NCBI GenBank assembly: GCA_951406725.2
Contig: OX597830.1
Location: 21,328,001 to 21,392,000 of the forward strand
Reading direction: 5' to 3'
DNA from: Octopus vulgaris
Taxonomy: Eukaryota
Length of the DNA: 64,000 nt
The notes under the pieces are model-generated. The model had not been told where the DNA came from. It did no database searches and saw only the letters and a list, made by a program, of their open reading frames with translations. Positions 58,834 through 64,000 of the stretch are shown piece by piece; positions within the stretch are counted from its first letter, which is position 1; the number at the start of each line of letters is the position of its first letter. Position numbers and translations under genes: made by a program.

Positions 58834-60110
58834 TTACGTCGTCAAGTATGAAATTTGTAGTAAGGTATATGGTATAATTTGACAGCTGCTCATTTTGCGC
58901 CATTATTATATTTTGACAATCTTTAGAAAGATGACACATCTATTTCTTTATTCTAACTCATTTTGCGTTCTATAAGGTATTTATAAATCGTTTTTGCTAT
59001 TTTTTGTTTAGAGATGGATAAGTCGGAAATTCGTACAGTTTTGAAATATGAGTTCTTTCTTGGAAATACAGCTCGGAATATTAATGGAGTATCTCATTCT
59101 AATGTTATTACACAGCAAACAGTATTATTACACAGCAAACAGTATTAAATTGGTTTGCAAAATTTCGTTCTGGTAACTTTGACCTCACAAATGAGCAACG
59201 CGGTCGGCCAGAAACAAAGATGGATAATGAACTGAAAGCCACCGTCGTGTCAGATCCATCTCAAAGTGCCCGTGAATTATCGTTGTTACTTGGTGTTAGC
59301 AAGAAAACAGTATTGACTCACCTAGTTCAAATCGGTAAAGTGAAAAAGTTGGATAAGTGAGTTCCACATGAACTCAATGAAAACAGCAACGTTTGGAAGC
59401 CCGCATTATGCTACTTTTTCGTCACAAAAATGAATCATTTTTGAATCGAATCGCAACATGTGATGAGACATGGATCCAATACATCAACCGTAAACGTTCA
59501 GCACAATGGTTGGACAATGACGAGCCACCAAAACACAGTCCAAAAAGCAAAATTCATCGAAAGAAGCTGATGGTGTGTTTGGTGGTCTGGCGCAGGTGTG
59601 ATCCATTATGATTTCATTAAATCTGGCTCATCAATCACGGTCGAAGTATACTGCAGCCACTGGACCAAATGATGCAGAAACTTACAAAAAAAAAAACCCA
59701 ACCTAGATTAGTCAACAGATCCACTGCAATTTTATAGCAAGTCAATGCCAGATCACATATCGCAAAAATGATGTTGGCGAAACTATAAGAGTTGAATTTG
59801 GAAGTTCTCCATCATCCACCATACTCACCTGGTCTTGTCCCCACTGACAACTACTTCTTCCAGAATTTGGATAACTTTTTGATAGGAAAAAACTTAATTC
59901 TGACGAAGCAGTAAAACAGGCCTTCAAGATTTTATTGACTCTAGATTGCCAGGTTTTTACAATTCCAGGTTGGACAAGCTACCGCTGAAATGGCAAAAGT
60001 GTATTGACAATATGGGTGCATACTTTGATGAATAAAACTATTCCTTGTATTTATAAAACATTAACAAACTTTTTTTTCCTTTTCTACAAATTTCATATTT
60101 GACGACCTAA
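58834..60110 (+). mobile_element. Full-length mariner (DD34D) transposon, 1277 bp, inactive
   Basis: 27-bp TIRs ttacgtcgtcaagtatgaaatttgtag and ctacaaatttcatatttgacgacctaa (2 mismatches), flanked by TA on both sides. Confidence 0.95.
59014..60035 (+). pseudogene. Mariner transposase pseudogene
   Basis: MDKSEIRTVLKYEF, WFAKFRSGNFDL, K*VPHEL (WVPHEL), RIATCDETW, NARSH (DNARPH), HPPYSPGLVPTD (YSPDLAPTD), KWQKCIDNMGAYFDE*. Contains stops, frameshifts and a 20-bp tandem duplication at ~59105-59145. Confidence 0.93.
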
Positions 60111-61143
60111 TACACACATTGGCGTTGAAAGTACGGAGAAATGTGTGTTTACTATCAAATGATTGGCTGTTTATTGCATCAGACAACGAGTTTCATGCAT
60201 TAACTTAACATTCTTTTAGTGAATTGAATATTATTTACATTTTAAACGCAATATGCACAGGCGAGACTGTAGGGTAGTTAGTTTGCTTCCCAATCAAATG
60301 ACTTTGGGTTCAGTTCCTCAGCATGGCACCTCGGGCAATTGTATCCTACTACAGCCCCGGGCCGACAAAACCCTGGTGGTGGTGCAGCGAATTAAGATCA
60401 GATGAGGATATTGTAAGATGTGTACATACACACACAGAAGCACACACACACACACACACATACACACATGTATATCCTGATACATAGATCCATACATATA
60501 TACACGTGCATATATATATGCATATACATACTTCCATATATGACAGAAAGAGAGAGAGAAAGAAGAAACGGTAGCACACACGAAGAGAGGAAATGAGAGG
60601 GAGAGTGATTTTGTTCACAGTGGTCATTACTGATTATTACAACTGTTTCTGTTTATTTATGTGTGTGTATTGGTATGTGTGTGTGTGAGAGAGAGAAAGA
60701 GCGAGAGAGAGGAGCAGGAGGAGGCGGTGGGGTGGTAGGAGGAGGAGGGGGAGGGGAAGATGAAGAAAAGAAAGAAAAGAAGAAGACGAAGAAGAAGAAG
60801 AAGAAACAGAAGAAGAAGAAGAAGAAAAAGAAGAAGAAGAAGAAGAAGAAGAAGAAGAAGAAGAAGAAGAAGAAGAAGAAGAAGAGGCGGGGAAGTTGAA
60901 GTGAAGAGAGCGGAAAGATTGAAGAAAAAGGAAAGAAACCATACCACCACCACCAATAACAACAACAACCACACCAACAGCAATAACAAAAATCAGCAAT
61001 AACAATGAAAGCAACAACATTAAAAATAAGCAACAACAACAACAACAAACAATAATGAATTCTCTGTTTGCCACAAGGTTAACAGAAATATAAACCATTT
61101 TTTTGAAAACAAAATGACTGAAATTAATAATAATAATAATAAC

Positions 61144-61212
<69 letters not shown>

Positions 61213-62149
61213 CTGAGGTATGAACCAATGAATGAATAAATAAGAGCAGAATGGAGAAATCCGAGCAGACGACAGTGAATGAATAAAAAGAAAAAAAAAA
61301 TGTCTTGTTAGTTGATATCAGGGACTCGCCCTTACCGTGGGGAATTGCTGAAGGGGAGTTTTTACAGGGGTCTAGAGAAGCTTCTGGAAAAGAACTGAGA
61401 AGATAGGATGTGTCATTTCGTAATTTTACCCACGTTCCACCTAGCACTACCCGTCCTATCTCTCGCATACATAAGCATATATATACATACACATCTATAT
61501 TATATATACATAAATATACATACATATATATATATATACATATACACGCATACACACTATATGCACACACATACACATCTATATACACATATATAAATAT
61601 ACATACATGTATATATATATACATATACACATATGTACACTACTTATTACCTGCCCCATACCCGACATACCTATCTGTTTCTCTCATACAGACATACATA
61701 TACACACATACACACATATATATCTACACACACACACACACACGTATATATATATATACACTCATGAACGCATACACCTATAGACACATACGTATATATA
61801 AACACACATGCACAAATACATACACACACATATATATACACTCATGAACGCATAGACATATAGTCACATACGTATATATAAACACACATGCACAAATACG
61901 CACACACACATATAAATACATACATACACAAGACATATGCACGCGTATATGCATATACACATATATACATACATAACACATATGCGCAATTTCACGCTCA
62001 TACGCACATACATATACACATGCATACATATATACATATACACACGTATGCACACATATACACATACGTGCATATACACCAATAGGCACATATATACGCA
62101 CATATATACATATCCAACTGGAAACACATATACACATACATATATACAA

Positions 62150-62242
62150 CTACCACCACTACTACTGCGACAAACCTCACCTCCACCGTCACGAACATCA
62201 AACCCTCTACCGCCGTCCCTACTACTGCTACTACTATCACCC

Positions 62243-62293
<51 letters not shown>

Positions 62294-62553
62294 TCACCCC
62301 TACTACTACCATCACCCCTACTACTACTACTGCTTCTACTACTATCACCCCTACTACAACTACTACTACTACTACTACTTCTACTACTATCACCCCTACT
62401 ACAACTACTACTACTACTACTACTACTTCTACTACTATCATCCCTACTACTACTACTACTACTACCACCCCTACTACTACCATCACCCCTACTACTACTA
62501 CTACTTCTACTACTATCACCCCTACTACTACTACTACTATCACCCCTACTACA

Positions 62554-62593
<40 letters not shown>

Positions 62594-62599
62594 TCACCC

Positions 62600-62634
<35 letters not shown>

Positions 62635-62641
62635 GCTGCTG

Positions 62642-62685
<44 letters not shown>

Positions 62686-62690
62686 GTCAC
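62150..62690. repeat. (ACT)n tract with recurring ATCACCCCT spacers
   Basis: About ten atcacccct-like interruptions. Confidence 0.95.
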
Positions 62691-63107
62691 TTTTACCACC
62701 GCCACTACCATCCCAAACATTGCCATCTATTACCACCACTGGGATCACATCTAAGGTCCTCCACCCTACGCCCTCGCCAAGCGATGTTGGGGGTAATTTT
62801 GGCGTATATTCTGCTACCTGCTGAGATAGAATTACATCTAACACCACCGACCATGGAACATCTAACGAGACAACAGAGGTGGGGGGTGGGGCTCCCTATG
62901 TGGTTAATCCACATGCTAGAAGCAGCAGCCGCATCCCAACCTCCTCACCTCCTGCCGCAAACCTAAACCCTACACTCTTAAATAAGGAAAGCGACGTATT
63001 GAATAACCGTACCGTACTCCCGTATGTCACCACAGACACAAACACACATACACACACACACATACATTCAAACACATTCAAACACAGACGCTTCCCTCTC
63101 CCCCTCT

Positions 63108-63157
<50 letters not shown>

Positions 63158-63260
63158 ACACATGTATGTATGGTAAATAGATACGGTTATAGTCCGAGAT
63201 GAAGCACATCTGCATACTCCAGTACTCTAAACTCTATTTGTAGATGTTATATGAGAGTTT

Positions 63261-63316
63261 AAAATACCGGAAAATACCGAAAAATACCGGAAAATACCGG
63301 AAAATATTAGAAAATT
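63261..63316. repeat. 10-bp tandem repeat (aaaataccgg), 4-5 units
   Basis: aaaataccgg aaaataccga aaaataccgg aaaataccgg aaaatattag. Confidence 0.9.
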
Positions 63317-63331
63317 CGTATTGCTGGGTAA

Positions 63332-63731
63332 TCTATATATATAAAAGTGAGGTTGTGTGCTGTCTGTCTCCTACGATTTAGATTCCTAACTACTCCCACA
63401 TTTTGCGGTGCAGTTTAACCAAAACCGGGTATCTTATAGTCGTGATTCATATCGAGCCCTTCTGGGTATTAGCGCGCGTCTACGATGAGTCTACGATTTA
63501 AAAAATAATTTACCATAATTTTTTTCCATTTTAATGCATTTCTTCGCTATTATATAAGGGAAGAAACTCTCTAAAAATGTCTACGATGAGTCAACGATTT
63601 AAAAAAAAATTTACCATCATTTTTTTTCCATTTTTAATGCATTTTTTTGCTATATTTTGGCTATAACTCTCTAAAAATGCTTTATAGTTATTTCCCTTAC
63701 AAACCCGAGCAACGCCGAGCGATACTGCTAG
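63332..63731 (+). mobile_element. Complete non-autonomous Helitron (400 bp)
   Basis: Inserted between A and T. 5' TCtatatatataaaag, subterminal GC-rich cccgagcaacgccgagc, 3' CTAG. Internal ~100-bp tandem duplication (ctacgatgagtc...aactctctaaaaatg). Confidence 0.9.
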
Positions 63732-63789
63732 TTGTATATTAAAACAGAAAACTGAAATTTTCAAAATAGAATAATGACCTTTCGCCGTA

Positions 63790-63975
63790 TTCTTTTACTT
63801 GTTTCAGTCATGTGACTGTGGCCATGCTAGAGCAGCGCCTTTAGTCGAGCAAATCGACCCCAGGACTTTTTCTTTGGAAGCCTAGTACTTATTTTATCGG
63901 TCTCTTTTGCCGAACCGCTAGGTACGGGAACATAAATACACCAGCATCGGTTGTCAGGCGATGTTGGGTGAGGGA
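63790..63975 (-). mobile_element. Type A SINE 3' half
   Basis: cttttacttgtttcagtcatgtgactgtggccatgc...gccgaaccgcta...ccagcatcggttgtca. Confidence 0.85.
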
Positions 63976-64000
63976 GAAGGCGGCAAGCTGGCAGAAACTT

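Noticed and set aside
62225-62610. CRISPR-like repeat-spacer appearance
   Set aside because: The 'spacers' are (ACT)n, the context is eukaryotic, and there are no cas genes.

Overview
Repeat-saturated, AT-rich animal genomic DNA, intronic or intergenic. The SINE families and extreme microsatellite load are most consistent with an Octopus (coleoid cephalopod) genome; this is inference from recognised sequence, not a database search. I found no host protein-coding gene, rRNA or bona fide tRNA. Almost all ORFs in the supplied track are translations of (AT)n, (AC)n, (ATAC)n, (AGAT)n, (ATC)n, (ACC)n, (AAT)n, (AAG)n and (ACT)n tracts. Supportable content: (i) dozens of tRNA-derived SINE copies in four head types (my labels A-D) with interchangeable tails; (ii) a full-length decayed mariner with TIRs and TA TSD, a Tc1 5' half, an internally deleted mariner, a MITE with 6-bp TSD and internal telomere-like repeat, and two non-autonomous Helitrons; (iii) a decayed Tx1/L1-clade APE endonuclease, a 5'-truncated RTE-like LINE with TSD nested in a Penelope-like element (PLE), and other PLE GIY-YIG remnants; (iv) most notably, at least eight minimal type-I hammerhead-ribozyme-like motifs of about five sequence families, several on short non-coding units beside or inside (TA)n tracts or in head-to-head inverted duplications; (v) six fold-back palindromes. 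SINE and remnant boundaries are approximate unless a TSD or TIR is quoted.
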